64,000 nt of DNA from contig OZ251459.1 of the NCBI GenBank assembly GCA_965242525.1, positions 4,032,001 through 4,096,000 on the forward strand, in the 5' to 3' direction. The notes below the pieces were generated by a model, which saw only the letters and a list, made by a program, of their open reading frames with translations, ran no database searches and had not been told where the DNA came from. How positions within the stretch are numbered: the stretch's first letter is position 1; every line of letters starts with the position of its first letter. A program made the translations under genes and the position numbers. This DNA comes from an uncultured Candidatus Binatia bacterium (GTDB lineage: Bacteria; Desulfobacterota; Binatia; UBA9968; JAJDTQ01). Shown one piece after another: positions 9,426-18,297 of this stretch.

Positions 9426-10224
9426 GGGAACGGTCCATCAGCGCCTTTTCCTGGCCGCCGTCGATCTCGATCATGGTCCCGTTGACGAAGTGCATGAGCG
9501 GCGACGCCAGCATGACCACGAGGTTGGCCACCTCCGCGCTCTCGGCAATGCGGCCCAGGGGGATCGAGCGGGGCGCAAGCCGGTCGGCCTCTTCGTAGCT
9601 CAGGCCCATGTCCCGGGACATGCTCTCCACCAAGCCGGCCCAGCGTTCGGTGCGGACCGGGCCCGGGTTCACCGCGGCGAAGCTGATGCCGTACCGGCCG
9701 TACTGGCCCGCCAGCGCCCTGGTCAGGTTCTGGCCCGCGGCGTTGGCCGCGCCCGGCGCCACCTCCCAATAGGAGGTCTTGACCCCGTCGTTGCCGATGA
9801 GGTTCACCACGCGCCCGCCGCCCTGCTCGCGCATGATGGGCAGGGCGTAGCGCAGGCAGCGCACGTAGCCCATGAACTTGAGCTGCAGGGCTTGGGCCCA
9901 GTCGTCCTCGGTCAGGTTCTCGATGACGCCGCCGGGAGCGGAGCCGGCGTTGTTCACCAGCACGTCGATGCGCCCCAGGGCGTCGGCCGCGGCGTGGACG
10001 AACCGGCGCGCGTCGTCGTCCCGGGTCAGGTCCGCGGCGATGGGGACCACCTTGCGTCCGTAGGCGCTCGCCGCCGCGGCCGCGGCCTCCTCCAGCGGCC
10101 CCGCCCGCCGGGCGCACATGGCCACGTCCGCGCCTTCGCGCGCCAACGCCTCCACGATGGCCTTGCCGATGCCCGCGCTGCCGCCGGTGACCACCGCGGC
10201 CTTTCCTTCCAGTTGCAGGTCCAT
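9412..10224 (-). CDS. SDR family oxidoreductase
   Basis: TGGSAGIG NAD(P)-binding motif, LVNNAG, VNPGPVRT. Confidence 0.92.
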   Translation of the reverse strand: MDLQLEGKAAVVTGGSAGIGKAIVEALAREGADVAMCARRAGPLEEAAAAAASAYGRKVVPIAADLTRDDDARRFVHAAADALGRIDVLVNNAGSAPGGVIENLTEDDWAQALQLKFMGYVRCLRYALPIMREQGGGRVVNLIGNDGVKTSYWEVAPGAANAAGQNLTRALAGQYGRYGISFAAVNPGPVRTERWAGLVESMSRDMGLSYEEADRLAPRSIPLGRIAESAEVANLVVMLASPLMHFVNGTMIEIDGGQEKALMDRSRDRG

Positions 10225-10251
10225 GGCTCTTGCTCCCTGCCGTGGGTCCGG

Positions 10252-11982
10252 TCAACGGCCGTGACCCACCGCTCCCTTTTCCGGGTCCGTGCCGGCGAAC
10301 AGGCCCCGGAACCGCTCGCGCAACTCCGCCTTCACCACTTTGCCCAGCTCGTTGCGGGGGATGGCGTCCACCGGAACGACCCGCTTCGGCGTCTTGTAGG
10401 ACGCGAGCTCCGTCTTCAGATACCGGATGCACGCGCTTTCGTCGAACTCGCCGGACGGCGCGGTCTCCACCGCCGCGACCACGGCCTCGCCGAAGTCCGG
10501 GTGCGGCGCGCCGAACACCGCGGCGCCGGCCACCCCGGGGCACCGGCCCAGGACTTCCTCCACCTCCCCGGGATAGACGTTCAGGCCGCCGGTGATGACC
10601 ACGTCGGTCTGCCGCCCCAGGATGCGAACGCAGCCCTGGGCGTCGATCTCCGCCACGTCCCCGGTCACGAACCAGCCGTCTTCGGTGAACGCCCGCTCGT
10701 CCGGGCGGAGCCAGTAGCCGGCGAAGACGTTGTGCCCCCGGGTCTCCAGCACGCCCGCGGCCGAGGACTCGAAGCGCCCGCGGTCGTTGGCCACCCGTAC
10801 CCGCACCCCGGGCAGCGGCCACCCCACCCATCCCTGCCGTCCCGCGGCGCCCGGCGGGACCGCGGTGACGATGGCGGCCTCGGTGGAGCCGTAGCGCTCG
10901 ACGATCTCCATGCCCGTGACCCGCCGGAACTCCTGCGCGGTTTCCCGCGGCAGCGGCGCCGAGCCGGAGACGGCCAAGCGCAGCGCCCCCGCCGCCGCGG
11001 CCAAGCCCGGCTCCCGGACCAGACGCGCGTAGTGCGTGGGCACCCCCATGATGACGGTGCAGCCGGGCAGGGCCCGCAGCACGCTCTCCGGCTCGAACCG
11101 GGCCAGGAAGCAGACCGCGCCGCCGGCCCGGAGCATGACGTCGATGGCGGTCAGGAGCCCGTGGGCGTGGAAGGCCGGCAGCGCGTGCAGCAGCACGTCC
11201 CCGGGCCCCAACCGCCAGACCTCCGCCAGCGCCTCGGCGCTGTCGGCCAGGTTGCCGTGGGTGATGAGCGCGCCCTTGGGCCGTCCGGTGGTGCCGGAAG
11301 TATAGAGCAGCGCCGCAGGCGCATGGGCGGGCAGCTCCACGGCGTCGGCCGCGGACCCGGAGGCTCGGGCCAACTCGGCAAAGGAACCCTGGCCGCCCTG
11401 GGAACCCCGGCTGTCCTGGGATCCCTGGCCGCCCCAGGAATCCTGGCCGCCCCGGAGCCCTTGGCTGTCCCAGGAACCTTGGCCGTCCCGGGAACCCCGG
11501 CTGTCCCGGGAACCTTGGCCTCCATGGATCCCTTGGCTGCTCCAGGAACCCCAGCCACCCCGGGAACCCTGGCTGTCCCGGGAACCCCAGCCGCCCCGGA
11601 GTCCCTCGATGCGGAAACCGTGGGTCGCGGCGGCCGCGGCGAAGGTCTCGGTCTCGTCGGGGTCGCACACCAGCAGACGGGGGCGCGCGTCGGCCAGCAG
11701 CGCCTCCGTCTCTCGCGGGGTATAGGCGGTGTTCATGGGGTGGAGTATGGCGCCGACCTTGAAGCAGGCGTGGGCCAGGAACACCGCTTCCACGCACTTG
11801 TGGACCTTTACCGAGACCCGGTCCCCCGGCCGGACGCCGCAAGCGGCCAAGGCGCCCGCGGCGTGGTCGATGGCGGTGGTCGCGTCCCCTGTGGAGAGGG
11901 ACGGCCCGCCCGGCAGGACGAAGGCCGGGTCGTCGTCGGCTCGGTGGCCGTACAGTGCATGGATCAGGTTGCCGCTGGTCAT
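10252..11982 (-). CDS. Acyl-CoA synthetase (malonyl-CoA synthetase MatB-like) with a low-complexity insertion
   Basis: YTSGTTGRPKG AMP-binding motif, HALPAFHAHGL, ERYGSTE, TGD, PRNELGKV. Confidence 0.85.
   Translation of the reverse strand: MTSGNLIHALYGHRADDDPAFVLPGGPSLSTGDATTAIDHAAGALAACGVRPGDRVSVKVHKCVEAVFLAHACFKVGAILHPMNTAYTPRETEALLADARPRLLVCDPDETETFAAAAATHGFRIEGLRGGWGSRDSQGSRGGWGSWSSQGIHGGQGSRDSRGSRDGQGSWDSQGLRGGQDSWGGQGSQDSRGSQGGQGSFAELARASGSAADAVELPAHAPAALLYTSGTTGRPKGALITHGNLADSAEALAEVWRLGPGDVLLHALPAFHAHGLLTAIDVMLRAGGAVCFLARFEPESVLRALPGCTVIMGVPTHYARLVREPGLAAAAGALRLAVSGSAPLPRETAQEFRRVTGMEIVERYGSTEAAIVTAVPPGAAGRQGWVGWPLPGVRVRVANDRGRFESSAAGVLETRGHNVFAGYWLRPDERAFTEDGWFVTGDVAEIDAQGCVRILGRQTDVVITGGLNVYPGEVEEVLGRCPGVAGAAVFGAPHPDFGEAVVAAVETAPSGEFDESACIRYLKTELASYKTPKRVVPVDAIPRNELGKVVKAELRERFRGLFAGTDPEKGAVGHGR
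11383..11598. repeat. 12 x 18-bp in-frame tandem repeat inside the acyl-CoA synthetase
   Basis: ggaaccc(t/c)ggc(c/t)g(c/t)cc(c/t)g-like units over 216 bp, encoding hexapeptides such as RGGQGS/RDSQGS. Confidence 0.9.
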
Positions 11983-12033
11983 GGCCGGGTCGGGATTCTG
12001 CGTCTGTGTCGAGAAAACTCGGAAGAAACTCCG

Positions 12034-12545
12034 GGCGCTTCAGGCTTTCGTGCGGGTTGTGACACTCCCCTCCCATGCGATGTGGTCCGATCCCCACCCA
12101 TTCCGACCATGCCGTCCTCGGTTTGGCGTCGCAGACGCCCTACCCTCCGCAGACGCCCCCTTCCGTCATTCCCGCGAAAGCGGGAATCCATCCGGTTTCA
12201 TCGCTCTCGTTGTACAACCCACTCCAGCTCGGATGACCCTTCTCGATCCACTCGATCTTCCTTGACCGATTCCGTTTCCGGACCGCCTTTTCTCTCCGGA
12301 TAGCGCTTTCCATGGGTTCAGGAACTTCGTTCCAACCAACCATGGCACAGTGATGCAGGGCGTCTCGAGGTTGGGTCGGAAGGACGGAAACACGGGAGAA
12401 TGGATGGATTCCCGCTTTCGCGGGAATGACGAAGGGTGGGGCATCTGCGGGAATGAGGGGAGTCGGCGTCTGCGGGGCAATGACCGCGTGTTCCTTTTCG
12501 CTCCCCTTTCCCTCCTGCCTTGCCCACACGAAAGCCGGAAGATCC
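12034..12545 (-). mobile_element. MITE-like element copy B carrying a decayed GIY-YIG nuclease between REP palindromes
   Basis: Ends GGCGCTTCAGGCTTTCGTGCGG (12034) and revcomp GGATCTTCCGGCTTTCGTGTGG (12545); subterminal arms match copy A. Confidence 0.75.
12195..12400 (-). pseudogene. GIY-YIG nuclease (UPF0213-like) remnant
   Basis: Translates VGWNEVPEPMESAIRREKAVRKRNRSRKIEWIEKGHPSWSGLYNE, resembling the family C-terminus LVWYE.H..M.SAI.REK.IK.W.R.WKI.LIE..NP.W.DLY; GIY/YIG motifs are lost. Confidence 0.7.
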
Positions 12546-12547
12546 CG

Positions 12548-12949
12548 CTAGCTCAGCTCGTCCCGACGCATGCTCAGCAGCACCGCTGCGCCCGCGGACC
12601 CCACCATCGCCATCAGGGTGTAAACCACCGCCAGGATGGTTTCGCCGCTGCCCGACGGCGGGTGGTAGCGCCAGTACATCGCCGAGTTCAGGATCACGTA
12701 GATGGCGTACGCGTGGGCCAGCCCGAGGGCGAAGCGCTTCATGTACCAGAGGCCCAGGCCGTACACCACCAGGTAAGCGCCGAAGGCCAGGCTCCACAGG
12801 AGGTTGTCGCCGCCCGCCAGACGGGTACCGAGCAGGACGAAGCCGCTCTCCCCGCGGAGGTCCAACGGCTTCAGGAGGTTCGAGACCGCCAGCAGCCAGA
12901 AGCAGATGGCGAGCCCGCAGAAGACCCGATCCCGTGGTGGTCCAGCCAT
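12548..12949 (-). CDS. Hypothetical membrane protein (about 4 TM)
   Basis: AAGGAGG RBS before MAGPPRDRVF; four hydrophobic segments. Confidence 0.75.
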   Translation of the reverse strand: MAGPPRDRVFCGLAICFWLLAVSNLLKPLDLRGESGFVLLGTRLAGGDNLLWSLAFGAYLVVYGLGLWYMKRFALGLAHAYAIYVILNSAMYWRYHPPSGSGETILAVVYTLMAMVGSAGAAVLLSMRRDELS

Positions 12950-13023
12950 GGTCGTCCTCCTTCCCGCGGCGGTCTCGTCACCGTCTCCGCGAACCCGGTC
13001 TCCGGGAGGGGCCTTCGGGCGCG

Positions 13024-13129
13024 CCGGGGCTATCCCGCCCGCCGGTGCGCCATCCACCCGCCGCTTCCCGGTAAGCGGGACGCCTACGGCCAGGACCGGG
13101 GCTATCCCGCCTGCCGGTGCGCCATCCAC
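13024..13129. repeat. 34-bp direct repeat duplicating the 3' end of the hydrolase gene
   Basis: ccggggctatcccgcc(c/t)gccggtgcgccatccac at 13024-13057 and 13096-13129. Confidence 0.75.
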
Positions 13130-13956
13130 GATCCGTCGGCCGCGGAGCGGAACAACTCGGCCAGCGCCGCGTTGACCGCCGCGGGCTCTTCCAGGGGCAG
13201 GGTATGCCCGGAGCGCGGCGCCACCGCGAGGGCCGCCCCGGGCGCGGTGCGCTTGAGGAAGACGCTGCCGTCCAGGCACGGGTCGTCCTCGTCGCCCACC
13301 ATCACCAGCAGCGGCGTCTCCAGGCGCGACAACGGCTCCTCCAGGTCCCACAGGGTCGGGCGCCGCCCCTGGACTTGGGACATGGTGAGGGCCAGCCCCG
13401 CGGCCGAGTGGTCGGCGAGGGCCTTCTCGAACTCGGCGAACCCGCGCGGGTCCTTGGCCTCGAAGGGTTTGCGCATGGGTTGGCGCGCGTACCGGGCCGC
13501 GGCCTCGGCCATGGGCTCCTCCCGGAACATGCGGGCCAGGTCCGCGCACAGGGCCTCCCGTTCGTCCCGCTGGTCGGGACGGGAGCCCCAGCCGCAGCCG
13601 ATGGCGGCCACCGACAGGCAGCGCTCGGGGTAGCGGATGGCCACGTGGAGCGCCGTATAGGCCCCCATGGAGTGCCCCACGATGTGGGCCCGCTCCAGCC
13701 CGAGGCCGTCGAGCACCGCCCGCACGTCCTCCCGGGCCGCGTCCTGGCCGTACGCTTCCGGCGTCTCGGGCACGTCCGACGGCAGGTAGCCGCGGGAGTC
13801 GAAGGCGATGCAGCGGTGGGAACGCGAGAAGAACCGCACCTGGGGCTCGAAGCTCCGGCGGTCGCCGGCGAACTCGTGGACGAACACGACGGGGACGCCC
13901 CGCCCCGATTCCTCGTAGTGGAGACGGACGCCGTCGGCTGCGGTGACGGTCGGCAA
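13102..13956 (-). CDS. Alpha/beta hydrolase
   Basis: DGVRLHYEESG, FVHEFAG, GHSMG nucleophile elbow, SGHTLPLEEP; TTG start after the upstream LLM gene. Confidence 0.88.
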   Translation of the reverse strand: MPTVTAADGVRLHYEESGRGVPVVFVHEFAGDRRSFEPQVRFFSRSHRCIAFDSRGYLPSDVPETPEAYGQDAAREDVRAVLDGLGLERAHIVGHSMGAYTALHVAIRYPERCLSVAAIGCGWGSRPDQRDEREALCADLARMFREEPMAEAAARYARQPMRKPFEAKDPRGFAEFEKALADHSAAGLALTMSQVQGRRPTLWDLEEPLSRLETPLLVMVGDEDDPCLDGSVFLKRTAPGAALAVAPRSGHTLPLEEPAAVNAALAELFRSAADGSWMAHRQAG

Positions 13957-13964
13957 CTGCGCCC

Positions 13965-15200
13965 TCAGGAAGCGGCTGCGGCGAGCGGCTCGTTGGTCAC
14001 GGGGTCCACGTCGTAGGGTCCCGGCAGACCGAGCTCGTCGGCGATCTCCCGGAGCCGGGGCATGACCTCCTCGCCCATGAGCTTCAGGGTCCGCATCTGG
14101 GCCTCGTGGGTCATGGCCCCGTCGCCCGTGCGGAAGATGATGATCCCCGGGCGCAGGGCTTCCAGGATGTAGCGCACCTTGGGGACCACGCTGTCGGGGG
14201 TGCCGACGATCATGCCGTGGGTCGCCACCTGGTCCTCGAAGGTGGCCCTGGCCCCTGCACGGGTGCGGCCCTCCGAGTCCGCGGCCACCATCTTGCGGCG
14301 AAGGGCCCGGGCGCTGCGGGTGGCGATGCCCGGGGGGCCCGCAATCCACGGCCGGGGCCTCTGGGCGCCGGGGTCGTAGGGGCTGCGGACCCCCATGGTC
14401 AGGGTCCGGCCCACCTCCATGGCCTTCTCTTCGGTCTCCTCCACGTGGAAGAAGAACATGAAGCCCAGGTGCTGGGGACCGGCTTCGTAGCCCTCTTCCC
14501 GCGCGGTGTCGTAATACACCTTGTACATCTGCCGGGTCAGGTCGATCTGGCTGGCCAGCATGATGTAGGGGTAGCGGCGCCGGGCCGCCCACTCCACCGT
14601 CTCCCGGCTGGAGGTTCCGGGCACCCAGATGGGCGGATGGGGTTTCTGGTACGGCACCGCCCAGGGGTTCACGTACCGGAAGTGGTAGTGCTTGCCCTCC
14701 CAGCGGAAGGGTCCCGGGGTGGTCCACGTCTTGATGAGGAAGTCGTGGGCCTCCTCGAAACGCTCCCGGTTGAAGTGCGGCGGGGCGTTGTGCGTCAGGC
14801 TCTCGCTGCCGCCGCCCCGGACCACGCCGGGGATCAGCCGGCCCCGGGAGACCACGTCGATCATCGCAAGCTGCTCGGCCAGCCAGAGGGGGTCGTCATG
14901 GATGGGAAGGATGTTGCCGAGGATCAGGATCTTGGCCCTGGTAGTGATGCGGGCGAGGATGGCGGCCTGGACGTTGGCCACCCCGTTCATGCAGAACGGG
15001 GCGCTGTGGTGCTCGTTGACCATGATCCCGTCGAAGCCCATCTCCTCGGCATAGACCTTCTCGTCCATGTAGCGGTGGTAGAGTCCGGCGGCGCGAAGGG
15101 GGTCGTATTCCCGGTTGCTCACCTCCATGACCCCCGACCCCCATTCCGCGGGCCAGTCCTCTTTCTGCCAGGGTGCTTCCGTAAAGTGGCCTATGAACAT
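13965..15200 (-). CDS. LLM class flavin-dependent oxidoreductase (luciferase-like)
   Basis: GFDGIMVNEHH, PLWLAEQLAMIDVVSRGRL, PYQKPHPPIW. Confidence 0.9.
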   Translation of the reverse strand: MFIGHFTEAPWQKEDWPAEWGSGVMEVSNREYDPLRAAGLYHRYMDEKVYAEEMGFDGIMVNEHHSAPFCMNGVANVQAAILARITTRAKILILGNILPIHDDPLWLAEQLAMIDVVSRGRLIPGVVRGGGSESLTHNAPPHFNRERFEEAHDFLIKTWTTPGPFRWEGKHYHFRYVNPWAVPYQKPHPPIWVPGTSSRETVEWAARRRYPYIMLASQIDLTRQMYKVYYDTAREEGYEAGPQHLGFMFFFHVEETEEKAMEVGRTLTMGVRSPYDPGAQRPRPWIAGPPGIATRSARALRRKMVAADSEGRTRAGARATFEDQVATHGMIVGTPDSVVPKVRYILEALRPGIIIFRTGDGAMTHEAQMRTLKLMGEEVMPRLREIADELGLPGPYDVDPVTNEPLAAAAS

Positions 15201-15292
15201 CGCGCCTCACCTCGCCGTCCCCTTCTCCGTGGAGGAAGGGGACTCGCAACGCCAGACTGCTGGCTGCCTGTCCGGGTCCCGCCCGGTCTCCG

Positions 15293-16090
15293 TCAACCTT
15301 CCAGGAACTCGACGACGGCCTCGGCGAACTCCTCCGGCTTTTCCATCTCGGGCATGTGCCCGCAGTCCTCGATCACCGCGGCCCGGGCGCCGGGTATGCC
15401 CTCCCGGTAGAGTTCGCAACTGCTCAGGGGGACGATGGCGTCCTGCCTGCCCCATACCAGCAGGGTCGGGGTCGCGATGGCCGGAAGGAGGCCGGGCAGC
15501 GTGATGCTGTGCATGTAGGGGCGCCAGACGTAGCGGATGGTCGCCTCCCGGTTGGTCTCCACCTGTTCGGCCTCCTCCGGGGTCCAGTCCCTGCCGAAGT
15601 GCTTCCGGTATTCGGGCGAGGCGAGGTCGTGGAACGACCGCTGGAACGCCTCCTTGGGGGAGTTCAGGAAGTAGTCCCAGATCTCTCCTTCCCGGGGCTT
15701 GACGCCGGCCGCTCCCACCAGGACCATCTTCGAGAAGATGTCGCTGTTGGCCGCGGCGAGCTCGGCCGCGGCCCAGCCTCCCAGGGAGAAGCCGACCACC
15801 CGGAGCGGGGTGGGCAGGCCGTAGTCCCGCACGAACCAGCTCACCCAGGCGGACAGGTCCCGGACCGACATCATCCATTCGGGCATGGACGAGGCGCCGA
15901 ACCCCGGCAGGGAGGGGACGTACACGGAGTAGCGTCGAGCCAGGAGCTCGTGGGCTTGCAGCCAGCCGGGCACCCCCAGCTCGCCGTGGAGGAGCAGCAA
16001 CGGCTCTCCGCCGCCCCCGCGCCGCATCTGCACGGACGCGCCGGCCAAGTCGAGGGTCTCTTCGATGAAAGCTGCGGACGTCGTGGTCAC
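15293..16090 (-). CDS. Alpha/beta hydrolase
   Basis: GGAGGA RBS then GTG; LLLHG, LPGFG, GFSLGG, CGHMPEMEKP. Confidence 0.88.
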   Translation of the reverse strand: MTTTSAAFIEETLDLAGASVQMRRGGGGEPLLLLHGELGVPGWLQAHELLARRYSVYVPSLPGFGASSMPEWMMSVRDLSAWVSWFVRDYGLPTPLRVVGFSLGGWAAAELAAANSDIFSKMVLVGAAGVKPREGEIWDYFLNSPKEAFQRSFHDLASPEYRKHFGRDWTPEEAEQVETNREATIRYVWRPYMHSITLPGLLPAIATPTLLVWGRQDAIVPLSSCELYREGIPGARAAVIEDCGHMPEMEKPEEFAEAVVEFLEG

Positions 16091-16410
16091 TGGCTCCTCC
16101 GGTGTCCTCCGGTGGTATGCGCGCGTCGCGGTGGGCTTTCCCGTGGCTGCATCCGGTCGTGGCCACTGGCTCCCCCGGTGCTGTGCGCCCGGTGCGCGCG
16201 TCGAGTCGCCTGCATCATAGACGGGCGCCGCGGGAACGTCAACGTCGCCTGCCGCCCCGGACCCGTACCGGACCCCGGCGGGGCGGGATGGGGTGGTGGC
16301 CGGGTTCGTCCCGTCGTCGCATGCCGCCCCGGATCCGGCAGGGCGTGACAGGGTACTCTGATCCATCGAGCCGTGCATGGATGTATCCCCTCACTCTGAC
16401 CTTCCTGTCC

Positions 16411-16449
16411 CCGTTCGTCCTGAGCGTAGCGAAGCGAAGTCGAAGGACG
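16411..16449. repeat. REP family 2 copy
   Basis: ccgttcgtcctgagcgtagcgaagcgaagtcgaaggacg. Confidence 0.85.
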
Positions 16450-16485
16450 CATTCTCCTTCCGGGATCGAGCAGGGTTTCCGAAAG

Positions 16486-18027
16486 TCACCCGCGCGGGTC
16501 CCGCGGCCCGGTGGATTCCATGAAGCAGCTCAGGACGAGGCCCGCGCCCGCGGCCGCGAACCCGGCCAGGAACGCCCACCAGAGGGCGTTGACGAGGGCG
16601 GCGGTCAACTCCGGCGCGAGGTCCGCGGGTATCAGCGCGCGGGTGGAGGGGTCCAGCAGGTTCTGCGGGTTCAGGAGCTTCCGGACCACCGGCTCCGGCA
16701 CGGATGCCTTCAGGTCCGCGGCCATGACCGTGAAGGCGGCGTTCATGCGTTGCAGCAGGATGCTGCCCATGAGGCTGATGACGAAGGCGCCGCCGATGGT
16801 CCGGAACAGCATCACCGTGGAAGTGGCGACTCCCAGGTGCCGGAACGGCGCCGCGCCCTGGGCGGCCACCAGCGCGGTGACGTTGACCATCCCCATGCCG
16901 GTCCCGGCCGCGCTCACCGCGGCGATCATGAGGGCCATGCCGCCGGCCTCCTCCAACAGCAGGAACGGCAGGTAGCCCGCCGCCATCAACGTCATGCCCG
17001 CGGCGCAGACCTTGCGGTAGCCCCAGGCCGGGGCCGCCCGGCCCGCGGTGAGGCTCCCCGCGGTCCAACCCACACTCAGGGGCAGCAAGGTCAGGCCGGC
17101 CAGCGCCGCGCTGCCGCCGAGGGCCCCCTGGACGTACAACGGCAGGAATCCGACGATGCCGAAGATGCCCATGGCCGCCAGCAGGCTGAGGACCGCGGGC
17201 CGGCTGTAGCGCTGCAGGCGGAACAGCGCCATGGGCAACAGCGGGTCCGCGGCCTTGCCCTCGATGAAGACGAAGAGCGCCAGCAGCAGGACCACCCCCA
17301 CCGCCACCGAGACGGATTCCGCGGTCACCAGGTCCAACTGGTTCGCCGCCGCCAGGAGCCCGTAGAACAGCAGCAACAGGGCGCTCAGCAGCGCCGCGGC
17401 CCCGCCCAGGTCCAGCGGCTGGCGCCGCGGCGCCGCGCGCTCCTCCCGGAACCCCAGGACGAAGAGTCCCGCGGCCAGTATCCCCAAGGGCAGGTTGATC
17501 CAGAAGATCCAGCGCCAACTCCAGTAGTCGGCCATGAGTCCGCCGCCCACCGGACCCAGCACGGAGGCGACGCCCCAGACGCTGGCGATGAGTCCCTGCA
17601 TCCGCGCCCGCTGGTCCGCGGGGAAGACCACCCCCACGATGATGAACGCGAGGGCATAGACCGCGCCGCCGCCCAGGCCCTGGACGGCGCGGAAGAAGAT
17701 GAGCTGCGGCATGCTGCGGGCGGCGCCGCAGGCCACCGAGCCGGCCACGAAGGCGCCGATGGCCAGCAACATGAGGAGACGCCGGCTGTACAGGTCCGAG
17801 AGCTTGCCGAAGACCGGCGTGGCCAGGGCCGACGTGAGCATGTAGGCCGAGAAGACCCAACCGTACAGCTCGATGCCGCCGAGGTTCGCCACCACTGTCG
17901 GCAGGGCGCTGCTGACGATGGTGGCGTCGATGGCGAAGAGGAAGACCGCCAGCATGACCCCCAGGACCGCCATGGGGACCCCGGCGGACTTCCTCGCGCT
18001 GCTCTCGATGCTTGACACGGTTCGCAT
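16486..18027 (-). CDS. MFS multidrug efflux transporter (DHA2/EmrB-QacA-like)
   Basis: DATIVSSALPT, WVFSAYML, GKLSDLYSRR, FRAVQGLGGG, WRWIFWINLP. Confidence 0.9.
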   Translation of the reverse strand: MRTVSSIESSARKSAGVPMAVLGVMLAVFLFAIDATIVSSALPTVVANLGGIELYGWVFSAYMLTSALATPVFGKLSDLYSRRLLMLLAIGAFVAGSVACGAARSMPQLIFFRAVQGLGGGAVYALAFIIVGVVFPADQRARMQGLIASVWGVASVLGPVGGGLMADYWSWRWIFWINLPLGILAAGLFVLGFREERAAPRRQPLDLGGAAALLSALLLLFYGLLAAANQLDLVTAESVSVAVGVVLLLALFVFIEGKAADPLLPMALFRLQRYSRPAVLSLLAAMGIFGIVGFLPLYVQGALGGSAALAGLTLLPLSVGWTAGSLTAGRAAPAWGYRKVCAAGMTLMAAGYLPFLLLEEAGGMALMIAAVSAAGTGMGMVNVTALVAAQGAAPFRHLGVATSTVMLFRTIGGAFVISLMGSILLQRMNAAFTVMAADLKASVPEPVVRKLLNPQNLLDPSTRALIPADLAPELTAALVNALWWAFLAGFAAAGAGLVLSCFMESTGPRDPRG

Positions 18028-18047
18028 GGCGGTCCTATTTAAGGGGC

Positions 18048-18287
18048 ATGCCCATCCTGAAACGCGGCCGCGCGGATCTCTGCTGCGAGGTCACCGGCAA
18101 GGGCCGGCCGTTGGTGTTCCTCGGCGAGACCGCGTGCGCCGGCGAGGCGTGGAAGACCTGCCCGGCGCCGGAGTCCTCCCGTGACCATCGGTGCATCACC
18201 CTGGATTACCGCAGCGCCGGGCGCTCCGGCAAGCCGTCCGTCCCCTGCACGCTTCGACTCCCGTTTGCGACGGCTTCGGCCGGCTGA
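18048..18287 (+). pseudogene. Truncated N-terminus of an alpha/beta hydrolase
   Basis: MPILKRGRADLCCEVTGKGRPLVFL...ITLDYRSAGRS parallels the N-terminus of the 26387 hydrolase (YYETHGQGEPLVF...HDPRGCGRS) and stops just before the rSAM gene. Confidence 0.65.
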
Positions 18288-18297
18288 CCAGGACGCC

